Below are positions 7,562 to 18,034 of a stretch of 64,000 nt of DNA, piece after piece. How positions within the stretch are numbered: position 1 is the stretch's first letter; each line of letters opens with the position of its first letter. Both the position numbers and the translations under genes were made by a program. The DNA comes from a virus: positions 1 to 64,000 of IMG/VR virus record IMGVR_UViG_3300025917_000002; one strand, written 5' to 3'. The notes beneath the pieces were generated by a model. It worked only from the letters and a program-made list of their open reading frames with translations. It made no database searches and had not been told where the DNA came from.

Positions 7562-10500
7562 TCATAGCTTGATCTCCTCCATCGCCCCGAGCGATTTCCC
7601 CACCGACACTTCGACTTGGCACCACAAACCCTCGGGTGCAACCACCGGATCAACCAGCACCGGCGACGGCCTTTCCATCAACGGCTTGATGTTAGCTATG
7701 CACTCATCCACAAGGTTCGACGGGCAATCGAAGACCAACGAATCGTGAATCTGGTTGCTCAGCCCGTACCGCTCGTCCCAACCTTTCTCGTACATCTCCA
7801 ACATCACATCCCGCATCATCCCGAAGGCGTCGTTCTGGACGAAGTGGGAGATCGCTGCTTCCGCGTCCGTCCCGTACTTATACTGCTGCCTCATCGCATC
7901 CCAGACCATTACGTTCCAGAACCAACGAATGAAGCCGTAGCGGCTCTTGAGATAATGCTGACGGTGTGCAAGCTCTTTTACATCCCGTTGGAACTTTACT
8001 TCGAGGGGGAACAGTGCCCGCCAGAGGTCCACCAGCTTTTGGGCTTCAGCCTGCGAGCTAATAAAGTCTTCGTGCCCTTCCCATATTCCACGAGGGCCAC
8101 GACCGAGTCCCATACCTAAAATCACAGCCTTACTTTGCTCGTTTCGTACTTCCTTGAATGTGAGTAATCTACCCTTTGGCCCTGCGTACTTCTGCTCGGG
8201 TTTTGCCCTCCACCACACCAACCGCTCTATCATCTCGGCGTCATCCATAGCAAGGAGCTTATCGGCTTTTTCCAGCTTCAAAATCTGGGTCGTGAAGAAC
8301 GAGTGCATATCACCGCGAGCGAGTCTAACGTAAGTCTTGTCCTTGCTCTCGAAGCCAAGTGTCAAGATATGAAATGACTTCCAATCTGCCTCGATCAATA
8401 GATTACCGGGGGCTGCGGTAATACACTTCCGCAATGGTTTTGCAAGGACTCCATGCTTCGGAATTTGCTGGAGAGGCGCACCGTTCCTCGTGCTCAACTG
8501 CCCATTCGCTGGCCTCGTCGTGAAGTCCGCCCGGACCCGCCCGTCCGGCCCCGGCATGAAACCACCTGTCATCGTTTCGATGTCGCCTACGTAGGTTCCG
8601 AGCATCTTGGATGGCTCGCGGTAGTCCAAGATCAGCTTGTAGAAAGGGTCCTTCGTCCGTCGGGCAAGCTGGAGCAGCGCCTTCTCGTTCACCGACTCCT
8701 CTCGGACCTTGATGCCGTTCTTCTTCTTGCTAACCACCGGCACCTGATGCCGCTTGTGCTTCGCGTAGGCCATTACCTGTTGCCAGGAACCGGGGTTGAA
8801 GTCCAACGGTTTCGACCACACCGTCTGGACGGCTGGCTGCACGTCTTCAGTTGGGGCAAACAATCCCCCCTTTCCTACATCAACTCGTAGGTCCCGCTGG
8901 ACATAACCAAGCTCCCCGAACGCCTCTTGTTCGAGCCTCGCCTTGACCGGCGCGATCAGTTCCGCCAGCCGCTTCTTGGTGAGCTTCGGCAAGCTCGGGT
9001 CGGCAGCGAGCGCCGCCTGCTGGGCCGCCACGATGTTCGGCTCAAGCTTCGCGAGCCGCTGTTTCGCCAGCTCTCGAACGTCCTTGGGCAGCCCCTTATA
9101 GTCGTCGAACTGCTGCAACGCGGCAGGGACGAGCGGGGCAAGCTCAGCGCGTACTCGCGCTATGGTTTCCTTCAGCAAAATGCCGAACGCCACGAGCTGC
9201 TCGCGGTCAACGCCGACGCCGCGCTTGGTCATCGCGTCGAGGACCGGGCGCAAGCCTCGGACGTACTTGCAATAGGTGTCCCAGACGCCGACTTTCTTCA
9301 TTGCCGCTGGTAGCCCTTGGTGGATTCTCAGCGTGGCATCTGTATCTACACAGTTCTCAACTAACCCACCCATTGTGAAAAACCGATGGGTAGGATGGTC
9401 AACTGTTATATCGTAGCGAGCACTCGCCCGTTTCGTTCTCGGCGCTATGGATAAAACCACAGTCCATTGAGCTACGTGAGTAGCAAGCCAGCCATTGTAT
9501 TGACCCCTATACTGTGGTGGTAACTTGTACTCCATTGAGGGTGGGACGAACGGGGCCACTCGGCGGCAGAACTCATATCTAGCATCGCCACACAGAGCCA
9601 CACAACCACCCTGTTTAGATCGTGGGTCTTTATAGTAGCTGACGTGTGAATCCCCAAACTCGGATTTGAACCAAGGTACTATATCCGCTAGGTTGGCAAA
9701 TCCTTGAATCGTTATCCGGGGGTTTCCTATTTGGTTGGGCTTCTTACCACCAGCCCAGTTGCCATCATCACAATACCAAATGGCTAAGGCGGCGTCAGAC
9801 GGTGGTGGTATGAAAATCTTTTTACCATTGGGGTAGAAGCGCTTTCGCCATAACGTGGGACTTACCCAAACCTCGGTTGCAAAACCGCCCGTCGAGTTGA
9901 CGCGACTACCACGAATTGGTGGATTGCTGATTGGGGGCAATACATACTTAGGCCCGTTCAGATTCTCCCGCTTCGCATCAAAGTAGGCTTCTTGTTTGTT
10001 ACAGTGTGTAAACTTAAAACGCCCACGGCGATCAACACTAGCATCGCCTAAGAGAGTGCCATGTAGTAAATCGGCACTACCCGGATTGGCGGATACTACG
10101 CTATCCCCTATGCGTAACTGGTCTGCTCGCTGCCAACCATCATCGGTCCAAATTTTGTGATCCGCAGTACAATAGATGGGCTGATCGGTTGCCTCTGTTT
10201 TTATGGAGAGCCACGGTGTTCGGCCCGTCTTACCCGACCTAGAAATACGCCGCCATCCAACCACTCTTACTGGTATGATCTGCCCTTGCTCATCCATCCC
10301 CTTTAGTATTGGCGAGCTTTTCTGTAGAACCACATCACCTATTTGGGTATTCCCCCCATCCCATAACATCAGTCGTACATCACTTGCGAGGCACCCGTAG
10401 AACCGCAGGTTTGGCCCCGCGTAGTGCTTCCAAGGGAAGGGCTGGCCGAACCAGCTCGCGACGAACTGCAAGTCCGCTGGAAGATCGGGCTGGAGCGTTC

Positions 10501-11551
10501 GCCACATGAACAACGTATCATCAATCAATCCCGCAACAGGTAGGCCAGCACGCCCAAGAATAGGATTATCGAACAGCCAAACATTATGCCCGACCTTAGA
10601 GTTAGGGAGTGCAAGGGTACGTCGAGCGACTTCGTCAAAAGGAGATATGAAAGGCAGAGCAATACCACTGCCAACTCCTGTTGAGAATTGAATGAGCGTA
10701 ATCTTCTGCCCCAGTTCTTCATTGTCCCCCTCATCCTCGCTCTTACCGGCAGAGCGATCCGTTTCGATGTCGTAGCTGATCGTCAAGGCCGGGTCGGCCT
10801 TACAGCGCTCGTAGAACGCTTCCGCGTCAGCGGGGCTGGGGTCCGTCTGGTAGCTCAACCTCGGGTCATCCATCGGGTTCAGGATGAACGGAGCCTCGGT
10901 CAGCAGCGGCTTCTCTACCCTCTTGAGCTGCCCTTCTACCTGCTCCCAACTCGCCACCGTCCTGACCTGCGCAAGCAACTTCGCAATCTCCAACGCCCTC
11001 CGAATGTCCTCAACGAACACCCTAAACAAATGCCCTGCGCCTTGCTGAATGTAGCTGGGATGGTACGTGGGAACCACGACCAGCCCATCGTACTCGACCG
11101 CTTGCAGAACGTAACCCCTCATCTTTGTGCTGGACTGGTCGGTTCCGCTCAGCCCAGTCAGGGTCCGGTGCGGGATCATGCCCATCGCGAGGACCACTTT
11201 GATTTGGGGGTGCGCGGCGATTGCTTCGCGGAAGAAATGTTTACATTTTTCTATAGCCTCAAACTCGAATGGCATCCCAAGGAGTTGATTCGCTTGGTTA
11301 GGTCTGCAACGAATTGTGTTGGTGATGAGCAAGCTCTGGCGATCTACCCCGAGCAGCTTCAGGGCACGGGCAAAGACGGACCCGGCAGCGGCCCTTGGTC
11401 GAAGTGGGAGTGCATCGTTTTCTTCATGCTGGCCGAGCGATTCTGCCATAACGCATAAGCCGCTCGTGCCATTTCCCTCTAGGTGGCTGAAGCCACCAGA
11501 GCCCGCCAAGGGGCAACCGCTCTCGGCACAATAGCTAGGTTTAGGAATCAA
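7562..11551 (-). CDS. polA: Family A DNA polymerase with N-terminal family-4 uracil-DNA-glycosylase-like domain, 3'-5' exonuclease and intein
   Basis: UDG: C-x4-C, TNTIRCRP, PTYHPSY; Exo I SYDIET, Exo II GHNVWLFD; Pol motifs ADWKSFH, KAVILGMGLG, QIHDSLVFD. Confidence 0.92.
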   Translation of the reverse strand: MIPKPSYCAESGCPLAGSGGFSHLEGNGTSGLCVMAESLGQHEENDALPLRPRAAAGSVFARALKLLGVDRQSLLITNTIRCRPNQANQLLGMPFEFEAIEKCKHFFREAIAAHPQIKVVLAMGMIPHRTLTGLSGTDQSSTKMRGYVLQAVEYDGLVVVPTYHPSYIQQGAGHLFRVFVEDIRRALEIAKLLAQVRTVASWEQVEGQLKRVEKPLLTEAPFILNPMDDPRLSYQTDPSPADAEAFYERCKADPALTISYDIETDRSAGKSEDEGDNEELGQKITLIQFSTGVGSGIALPFISPFDEVARRTLALPNSKVGHNVWLFDNPILGRAGLPVAGLIDDTLFMWRTLQPDLPADLQFVASWFGQPFPWKHYAGPNLRFYGCLASDVRLMLWDGGNTQIGDVVLQKSSPILKGMDEQGQIIPVRVVGWRRISRSGKTGRTPWLSIKTEATDQPIYCTADHKIWTDDGWQRADQLRIGDSVVSANPGSADLLHGTLLGDASVDRRGRFKFTHCNKQEAYFDAKRENLNGPKYVLPPISNPPIRGSRVNSTGGFATEVWVSPTLWRKRFYPNGKKIFIPPPSDAALAIWYCDDGNWAGGKKPNQIGNPRITIQGFANLADIVPWFKSEFGDSHVSYYKDPRSKQGGCVALCGDARYEFCRRVAPFVPPSMEYKLPPQYRGQYNGWLATHVAQWTVVLSIAPRTKRASARYDITVDHPTHRFFTMGGLVENCVDTDATLRIHQGLPAAMKKVGVWDTYCKYVRGLRPVLDAMTKRGVGVDREQLVAFGILLKETIARVRAELAPLVPAALQQFDDYKGLPKDVRELAKQRLAKLEPNIVAAQQAALAADPSLPKLTKKRLAELIAPVKARLEQEAFGELGYVQRDLRVDVGKGGLFAPTEDVQPAVQTVWSKPLDFNPGSWQQVMAYAKHKRHQVPVVSKKKNGIKVREESVNEKALLQLARRTKDPFYKLILDYREPSKMLGTYVGDIETMTGGFMPGPDGRVRADFTTRPANGQLSTRNGAPLQQIPKHGVLAKPLRKCITAAPGNLLIEADWKSFHILTLGFESKDKTYVRLARGDMHSFFTTQILKLEKADKLLAMDDAEMIERLVWWRAKPEQKYAGPKGRLLTFKEVRNEQSKAVILGMGLGRGPRGIWEGHEDFISSQAEAQKLVDLWRALFPLEVKFQRDVKELAHRQHYLKSRYGFIRWFWNVMVWDAMRQQYKYGTDAEAAISHFVQNDAFGMMRDVMLEMYEKGWDERYGLSNQIHDSLVFDCPSNLVDECIANIKPLMERPSPVLVDPVVAPEGLWCQVEVSVGKSLGAMEEIKL
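9353..10393 (-). mobile_element. Intein (347 aa) with LAGLIDADG homing endonuclease in PolA exonuclease motif III
   Basis: FYG|CLASDVRL...CTADHKIWT...GTLLGDA...IWYCDDG...YDITVD...GGLVEN|CVDTDAT; lower GC than flanks. Confidence 0.9.
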
Positions 11552-11781
11552 AGGTGGATTCCCCCACGCTGTCTGATATAATCCCGTAGAGCTTCCAACC
11601 CCGCGATCAGCGGCTCGATCTGGTCAAGCTCCAATTCAATACTGACGCACCGCTCGCCTGATGCCAGCCACATCTTGCCCTCGTTCTCTTCAACCCACTC
11701 GTTTGCGATGATGGTAAAGGACTCGCGGCGAGCCTCCAAGCCCAAGCGTAAACTGTCGGGGGTGTCAATGATGTAGCCCAT
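11548..11781 (-). CDS. Hypothetical protein
   Basis: ORF coupled to polA start; GGAG RBS. Confidence 0.5.
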   Translation of the reverse strand: MGYIIDTPDSLRLGLEARRESFTIIANEWVEENEGKMWLASGERCVSIELELDQIEPLIAGLEALRDYIRQRGGIHL

Positions 11782-12883
11782 TTTGGTGCGCTCCCATCTG
11801 GCGTCGTTTCGCTAGCGGCTGTCGCCGCAAGCTCACTCCGTATATACGTCGATCAACCATCGCGTCCGCTACAAATCCGTCCGCAGCTTCAGCGGCATCC
11901 AACCGGGCTCGCCCTGGGGCTCGGCCCGCTCGCGCTCCGCGTCCAGCAAGCTCTGCTCGAAGCCGAGCGAGAGGCTGGTGGTGCCGTCGCCCCGCGTCGG
12001 CTCAGGCACAGCGCCCCAGTCCAACCTGCACTTAGGGCACCGGCTCTGGTGGCGCTCGGTAAGATAGTGCAAGAGGCATTGGTTGCAACGCCGCCACGTT
12101 CGGCCCACTTGGTCGATGAGTAAAGAGCTACGGTCCAGCGGTAGCTCAACCCCATCCTGTTCGTTTGCATAGGTTACACAGGTCATTTGGTTAGTCCTCC
12201 ACAATACGCTGACGCAACGCCCGCGCCCAATGCCGCGCCCATTCCGCGTGTAGGCGTCCGCTCATATCTCCGCCCATAGCTTCAACCGCTTTCTCGATTT
12301 CCTCTTTGCTTGGCGGGGCAAACATCGGAATGTCTGGCGGATACGGTTCCTCAAGGTCGTCTGCGGCTGCTAGATAGCCTTTCACGAACTCAGGATGCAG
12401 CCCTTCTGCGGGACGGGAGAGAGATTCCAGCGCATCGCAGAGGCGCGAAATGAATTGGGCGATATGCGCTAAGAACCCACCCATTGCCTTCTTCTCAAGC
12501 GTTTGCTGCCACTCCCGCCCTTCCGCTACCAGTCCTGCTATGTCTGTGGGGAGGGGGTCAGTCGTCCGCGCATCCCACCCCGAGTTGAAGTACATACGCG
12601 CCAGCGCCTTGAGGTTAACCCCGCTGATTGCCTGTTGGACTTCTGAAGGTTCCCAGGTTGCGTTAAACGCCTCGTCGCGGTTCTTATCGCTCATCCTTGC
12701 TCCTTGCCCTTTGGCTGCTCGGTGGGTGGCTCCATCCGGCCCAAAACAGCAACCGCGCTCCGTGCTACCGAAGGCCATCGGTGATTACAATGTGGGCAAT
12801 GAACGATGGCAGCGCGAGTCTTCCAAGCGCCTTGGATTGGACCCTCAACGCGGCAACCCCACTTCCCGCAACGAGGACAACTA

Positions 12884-13390
12884 TTATAGCCTTTTCGGGG
12901 CATCTCCATCCTCCTTCCCCTCTCCTGACAACTGTGGTTCGCTCAGCGCGGCAAGGGCGGCGCGTGCTTTCATAGCAGCGCAGCGATGCCCGTCTGTAAC
13001 CCCGATGCCATACTGACCGTTACCAGTTTCGGGATGGTAATAGCTAGTATGAGGGTCAGCGGCAATGGATTCCAGCCCCGCCCTCGCCTTTTCCAATGCG
13101 GCGGTGAGAGTAGCTATACGCTCCGCAGATAACGCCTCCCGCTTCGATGCTGCGCCTAAATCTTCTTGACGTAATCGTGTTTCGGCGGCGAGGGTGGCGA
13201 CTTGCTGCTCTAAATCGTGCTTTTCTACCTGTAACCGCGTAGGATATTCCGCTTGCTCTTTAAGCTGCGCATTCTCCCGCTCCAGCTCGGCAATGCGTTG
13301 TTCACACGCAACGGTATAGTCATGTAGCTCCTTGGCTGTCGGCCAAGTATGACAATCGCAGACGGCCTGTTCATTCTTTGCGCTCATCAT
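12884..13390 (-). CDS. Coiled-coil hypothetical protein
   Basis: Heptad-rich ORF in tightly packed leftward array. Confidence 0.5.
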   Translation of the reverse strand: MMSAKNEQAVCDCHTWPTAKELHDYTVACEQRIAELERENAQLKEQAEYPTRLQVEKHDLEQQVATLAAETRLRQEDLGAASKREALSAERIATLTAALEKARAGLESIAADPHTSYYHPETGNGQYGIGVTDGHRCAAMKARAALAALSEPQLSGEGKEDGDAPKRL

Positions 13391-14315
13391 CGCTTCCTCG
13401 CCTGTTGAGCTATCAGCGGCATTCCATCGTTAGGGCATAACGGGTATTCGTCCTTGCCTACTTCATTCGGGCCGATCTCTCGCTTGTATCCGCACGTTGG
13501 ACACTTGGCTATTACTACTACTTTTACACTTCGTTGCACCTTACTTGTCATTGCTTCGCTCCTCCCCGACCTCTCCAGTCAGGTATCTCATAGCTTTCGG
13601 TACGTCGTCAGCGTCGAGCGCGATGGTAGCTTGTTCCAGCAACGCCAGAGCTTCAAACAGGCTTCGTGACGCAGTTCCCGATTGGCGTTCACCACTCTGC
13701 GCGGCGTTAAGTTCCTCAAGGGCCGATAGTACGCTTTTCATCATTTCCCTCCCCGGCCTTCATCCCCACGGATAACCGCCAGAGCATCATCAATCGCTTG
13801 GTTATATCTACAGTCTTCACAATCGGGTAGGAGACGGCAGATGTGCGTTATTCGTTCTGCCTCAACCGCCGCCAAGCACCGCACCTGTTCAGCGGCACGA
13901 CCAGCGTCCCAAGCATCCGCGATGTCTGGCGGTTGCGCCTGCTTACTCAGCCATGCCCAATAATCAGTATCATCTACCTCTTTGCTCATTTGCTTAGCTC
14001 CGTTCTTTCTATCCACCGCTTCAGTGCTGAGCGGCTGATCCTGGCGGATAAGATCACCACATTACTTTGACGTATGTAAATATTTATGGCGTGCTCCTCC
14101 TCGTACCACCACGCCTCGGTGCTGCCGCTATGGGGCTTCGCCGGATGTGGCGCACGTCGCAGCTTGCTTTTAGCCATCGCTCGGCTCCCCGGCCTCGGTG
14201 ATGCGATGCACAGCAATAATGTGAACGAATACGGCATGTAAACTGCCGAATCTCCTGTTGCAGAAAGTGCATCGCCTGCAATCTCGGCTTTGCTTATAAG
14301 GCCAACGATTAAGGT

Positions 14316-14780
14316 TCATGTCGTGCTATCCCCCTCGGTGATGCGTTTGGCAATCTCGCAGCGCCAGAACGTGCCGAACACCATCTTGTTTCGATGCGAT
14401 TTTTCCCATTCGTCAATTAGCTTCAAGACGGCTGTAGTATCTATTCGTCGCTGCTCCTCCCGCCCCTCAGCGCGGCCCCGCTCGTAGCCTCGCCGTTCAG
14501 CCGCCGCCTCAGCGGTTCCCAAGTCTACTAATCCGTCAATTACGCCCTCAGCGCGGCCCTGTGCGCGACCGGCTGCGTAGGCAGAAGCGGCGATTACGTG
14601 CTTCGCTCTCCGATTCCAGTTAATAATTGTGGTCGCTTTCCGAAAGTGCCAGTTCTGGGTTGCTTGGCAAGAGCCACAAAACGCCCGCCACTTATTTGTT
14701 ACATCGGAGCGCATTAGCATCACCGATTCGTCTCCGCAGAACGGACACGGCAACAGCATCTTGTCGTCACTCTTGCTCAT
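14316..14780 (-). CDS. Lar-family restriction alleviation protein
   Basis: LLPCPFCG...AFCGSCQA...INWNRRA signature. Confidence 0.75.
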   Translation of the reverse strand: MSKSDDKMLLPCPFCGDESVMLMRSDVTNKWRAFCGSCQATQNWHFRKATTIINWNRRAKHVIAASAYAAGRAQGRAEGVIDGLVDLGTAEAAAERRGYERGRAEGREEQRRIDTTAVLKLIDEWEKSHRNKMVFGTFWRCEIAKRITEGDSTT

Positions 14781-15464
14781 GTGGCTCCTTTGCTGTGAGG
14801 GCGCGGATACCTCGCGTTGCGAAAACCGGATCGAACCCTTTAACCTCACGCCAATTGTCCGCTAGCCAATTCGCTGCATCCTCAATCCCCTGCTCCCATC
14901 CCCGCCGCTCTGCTTGCTCGCTGACTTCGCGTAGGGCCTTAGCTATGGTTTGCTGTTGTTGATGAATCACAAATCTATCCCCATGTGAGTTCACGGAATC
15001 AGGGGCGATGGCAACAACTCAGCCGCCCGTTTATCCGCCCAATCCGGCTCTGCCTTATCGGCTGCGGGGTCGGCCTGCTGGTTATCGGTTGGCTTGGTCA
15101 TCGCTCTATCGCCTTTCCACACGAGGGGCAGTACCGCGCATATCCGGTCAACAACTTAGTAGGGTCAACCCGTAGGATTAGGTAGATAACACACCCAACC
15201 CCGCAGTCCGCACATCTAGCGATAGCTTGAGGTGGGATCAGCACCTCGATAAACTTCTGTTCATTAGCGGCGGCTTGGGTAGCACGGTCGGTCATTGATA
15301 ATCTCCCCTGCGCCGCAGCTCAGCTACAAGTTCGTTCCATGCCTGCTTCTTGCGCTCTTGATCTTCCTCAGACTCGCCTTCGCGGTCGAAGATGCCAATG
15401 TCAGAATCAGCAGCTAAGGTTGCTGCCGCGAGTCCACACGCCCATCGTTTTGCTTCTCGTTTGG

Positions 15465-15756
15465 TCATTTGGTTTGCTCCGTGAGTTGGGCCAGTCTGCG
15501 CCAAGTCATCGGTACAAACACGCCAACCTTTCCATACTCCTTGTCATCTGCGGAATCATCCCACGAAGCTAGTTGAATTATCTCCGCAACGATTGGCTCT
15601 GCTGCTTCTCTCAGTTCGAGATAAGAAGCGATTGCGAGGGCCTCCTGACGCGCATACTGACGCCTCCCATGATTCCAAACAAGGTTGCGTTTGCCAGTCG
15701 CTCCAACCGAGCCACTGATGCTTATTCAGAATCTCTACCGCTTCGTTAATGTCCAT
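15465..15756 (-). pseudogene. Frameshifted small ORF
   Basis: MDINEAVEIL...RNRFL continues in another frame near 15620 as LELREAAEPIVAEII...TEQTK*, whose stop overlaps the next ATG. Confidence 0.45.
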
Positions 15757-16914
15757 CGCTATTCTCTCCTTGGCTCATTTCTTCTTGCTCCCCTACTTAG
15801 TTGGGGCCTCAATCAACAAGCTCATAGTCCCGTCCCTGGATTGCATAGCCCGCACTACGACGGCTGATTCGCCCACATTCCAAACAGTGTCGCCGTTGCT
15901 TTAACCAATAACCGAACGCTTCTGGTTCTTCCCAAATAGACCAGACGTGCCAAATGTTAAACCTACAGAGCAGCCGCATTTGTTTGTCGCTCATTTCTTC
16001 TTCCCCGCCCCGATGTTTTTATCCAACCGTTCTTTTAACCAGCTTGGTACTTCTCATATGGAGAGTCAGCGGTTGATCGGGTCGTTCAGGTATCTCCGTT
16101 GTTCCGCAGCGGTCCGTACAAAGTCTGACGAGAACTCCCACTCACCATCATCATCGCGACCCGCTTGCAGCTCCATGATATAAAGCTCCTCTTGGCAGTT
16201 GGAGCAGATACCGCTACTGGTACGCAAGCCGCAATCTGGACAAAAATTATTCCCGTTACCCATCGGCTTATGTCCTCCTTTAGTGCAGCCCATGTTCTAA
16301 TCCATTTGCCAATTCGTGAACGATTTGCCGTGCTTCATCCGTTGAGCATTTGCAGTTCTTGAGATGCGAGCCAATTCGATACCACTGCTCTCAGCTATAC
16401 CTCCCCATCCGGCAGCTCTTGCCTCAGCAGCTCGATCCGCTGGCGCACCAGCTCGGCCCGTTCTGTTTTCTTCTTGCCCAACTCCGTCGTCAAGCTCTCA
16501 ATGTGCTTGCGCTGGGCTTCGATCTTCCGATCAAGCCCCGCAATCTTGCTCCGAAGCTCCTGCTCTGCGTTCTTCGCTTTTGGTTCCGTTGTTGTAGCTG
16601 TTGCCGTCATTTCGTGTTCTCCTTTTGGGTTTCCAGTTGTTTGATACGATCCTTGAAATGATTGTATGAAATAGCCCCAAGGTAGCCCCTTATCCATAAG
16701 CTAAACCTTCCGAAAGAACTGCTCCAACTTCGCCACCCTCGGCCCATACCAGATCGGGGCCACCACCGGGCCGCGCGGCAGCGGCAAGTCCCCTACCAGC
16801 ACCGTCCTGTCCGGCTTGCAGTTGCAGCAGTTGTTGTCGCAAATCGAGCAGGTGTTGTCGTGGGCGATCACCAATAACGTCGGGAACTCGTATGAGCGCA
16901 TCGCGTGCCTCCGG

Positions 16915-17146
16915 TGGATAAGAGCCCGGTCCCCCCGGTCACAAACCAAACGAGCTACCAAGGGGACCGAGCCGCCGCGTGAACCGTTATCCCAGCCCCG
17001 GCTTGCGCCGAAGTGACCCAGCCAATAAGGGGGGTCCGCTCTGGGGTGTCGGGTCCACTCTCGTTGGCGGGTGGCGCTGGTAATTTTGCGTTTCGAGGCC
17101 CGGAGGAATCCAACCTCGGCCCCGCCAGTTCCACCACCCACCAAGA
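16915..17146 (-). ncRNA. Candidate structured RNA (three GC-rich stem domains)
   Basis: Minus-strand stems TTGGTGGGTGGTG/CGCCACCCGCCAA, GTGGACC/GGTTCAC with GGC-GCAA-GCC, GCTCGGTCCCCT/GGGGGACCGGGC. Confidence 0.5.
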
Positions 17147-17147
17147 C

Positions 17148-17759
17148 CTAGATCGCAACGAACTTCTTAATCCGCCCCTGCGCCGTCATTTCCTCACCGC
17201 CAATCGTAACCGTCGGCTCATAAGCGCCGCCCCCGTTCTGCTTGAAGTTCCGCATTCCGTGCTTGACCACCTTGTACTTCCCGTCATCCTGCTTCCTGGT
17301 GATCTCCCACTCCGTCTCGACTCCAAGCTCGCGGCCCTGCTCAACGGCACGCTCGAAAAGCTGTGCCAGCTCCGAGTGCTTCCGGCATTGCTTCACTTCG
17401 CCCCCGAGGCCCATCGCGTTCAGGATCGTAGGGATAACCGCACTCCCGTCGCGCCTGACCATCGTTGAAACAAAGATGTTGTTGTTGGGGTAAAGCTGCC
17501 GCCCCTCGAACTCACCGTCGGTCACAACGAACACGACTTGCGCCTTGGGCCAGAGGCCGGTTGGCTTGCCGCTGGCCGGGTCTACCTTCGCCTGCCAGTT
17601 AGGGGGAGCCCCGCCCTGAAAGGTGGGCTTGGCCCGGTAAATCCCGTCCGGTATCGGTGGCGGCAGCGCCGTCGCGTCCAGCTCGGGATCGAATTGAACC
17701 TCGTCTTCTTCGAGGTCCAGCGAATTTATATCTACTGCTCGAACCGAATCGTCTGCCAT
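17148..17759 (-). CDS. Probable single-stranded DNA-binding protein (DUF669-like)
   Basis: PIPDGIYRAK...VVTDGEFEGRQLY pattern; downstream of AAA_24 ATPase. Confidence 0.65.
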   Translation of the reverse strand: MADDSVRAVDINSLDLEEDEVQFDPELDATALPPPIPDGIYRAKPTFQGGAPPNWQAKVDPASGKPTGLWPKAQVVFVVTDGEFEGRQLYPNNNIFVSTMVRRDGSAVIPTILNAMGLGGEVKQCRKHSELAQLFERAVEQGRELGVETEWEITRKQDDGKYKVVKHGMRNFKQNGGGAYEPTVTIGGEEMTAQGRIKKFVAI

Positions 17760-17806
17760 TTCTAGTGCTCTCCTTTTGCAAAAGTTGATTGATAGATACT
17801 ATCGTT

Positions 17807-18034
17807 TCAAAACGGAAGGTCATCGTCTTTAACTACGTTCCCGATGACCTCGACCGGCTCCAATGGAACCGCGAACTCCGTTTGGTTGTAGTAGAACTCC
17901 TTAACCTCAGCAACCCGCTCTCTAAGGGTAACTATCCTACCCCACGGGATGGCGTTGGGGTCTGAGGTCAACACGCTATGTACTTCATACAACAAGGACC
18001 AAAGCTCAGTATCCGTAGGTCGTTCTGTAATCAT
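17807..18034 (-). CDS. Hypothetical protein ending DDDLPF
   Basis: SSB-like acidic tail on a separate small ORF. Confidence 0.5.
   Translation of the reverse strand: MITERPTDTELWSLLYEVHSVLTSDPNAIPWGRIVTLRERVAEVKEFYYNQTEFAVPLEPVEVIGNVVKDDDLPF

Noticed and set aside
7562-11551. Z-genome or hmU-type modified DNA system
   Set aside because: No PurZ, dUMP hydroxymethylase or similar gene recognisable in the window
17085-17125. tmRNA call
   Set aside because: Only 5'-like resemblance; no 3' T-arm/CCA or tag frame found
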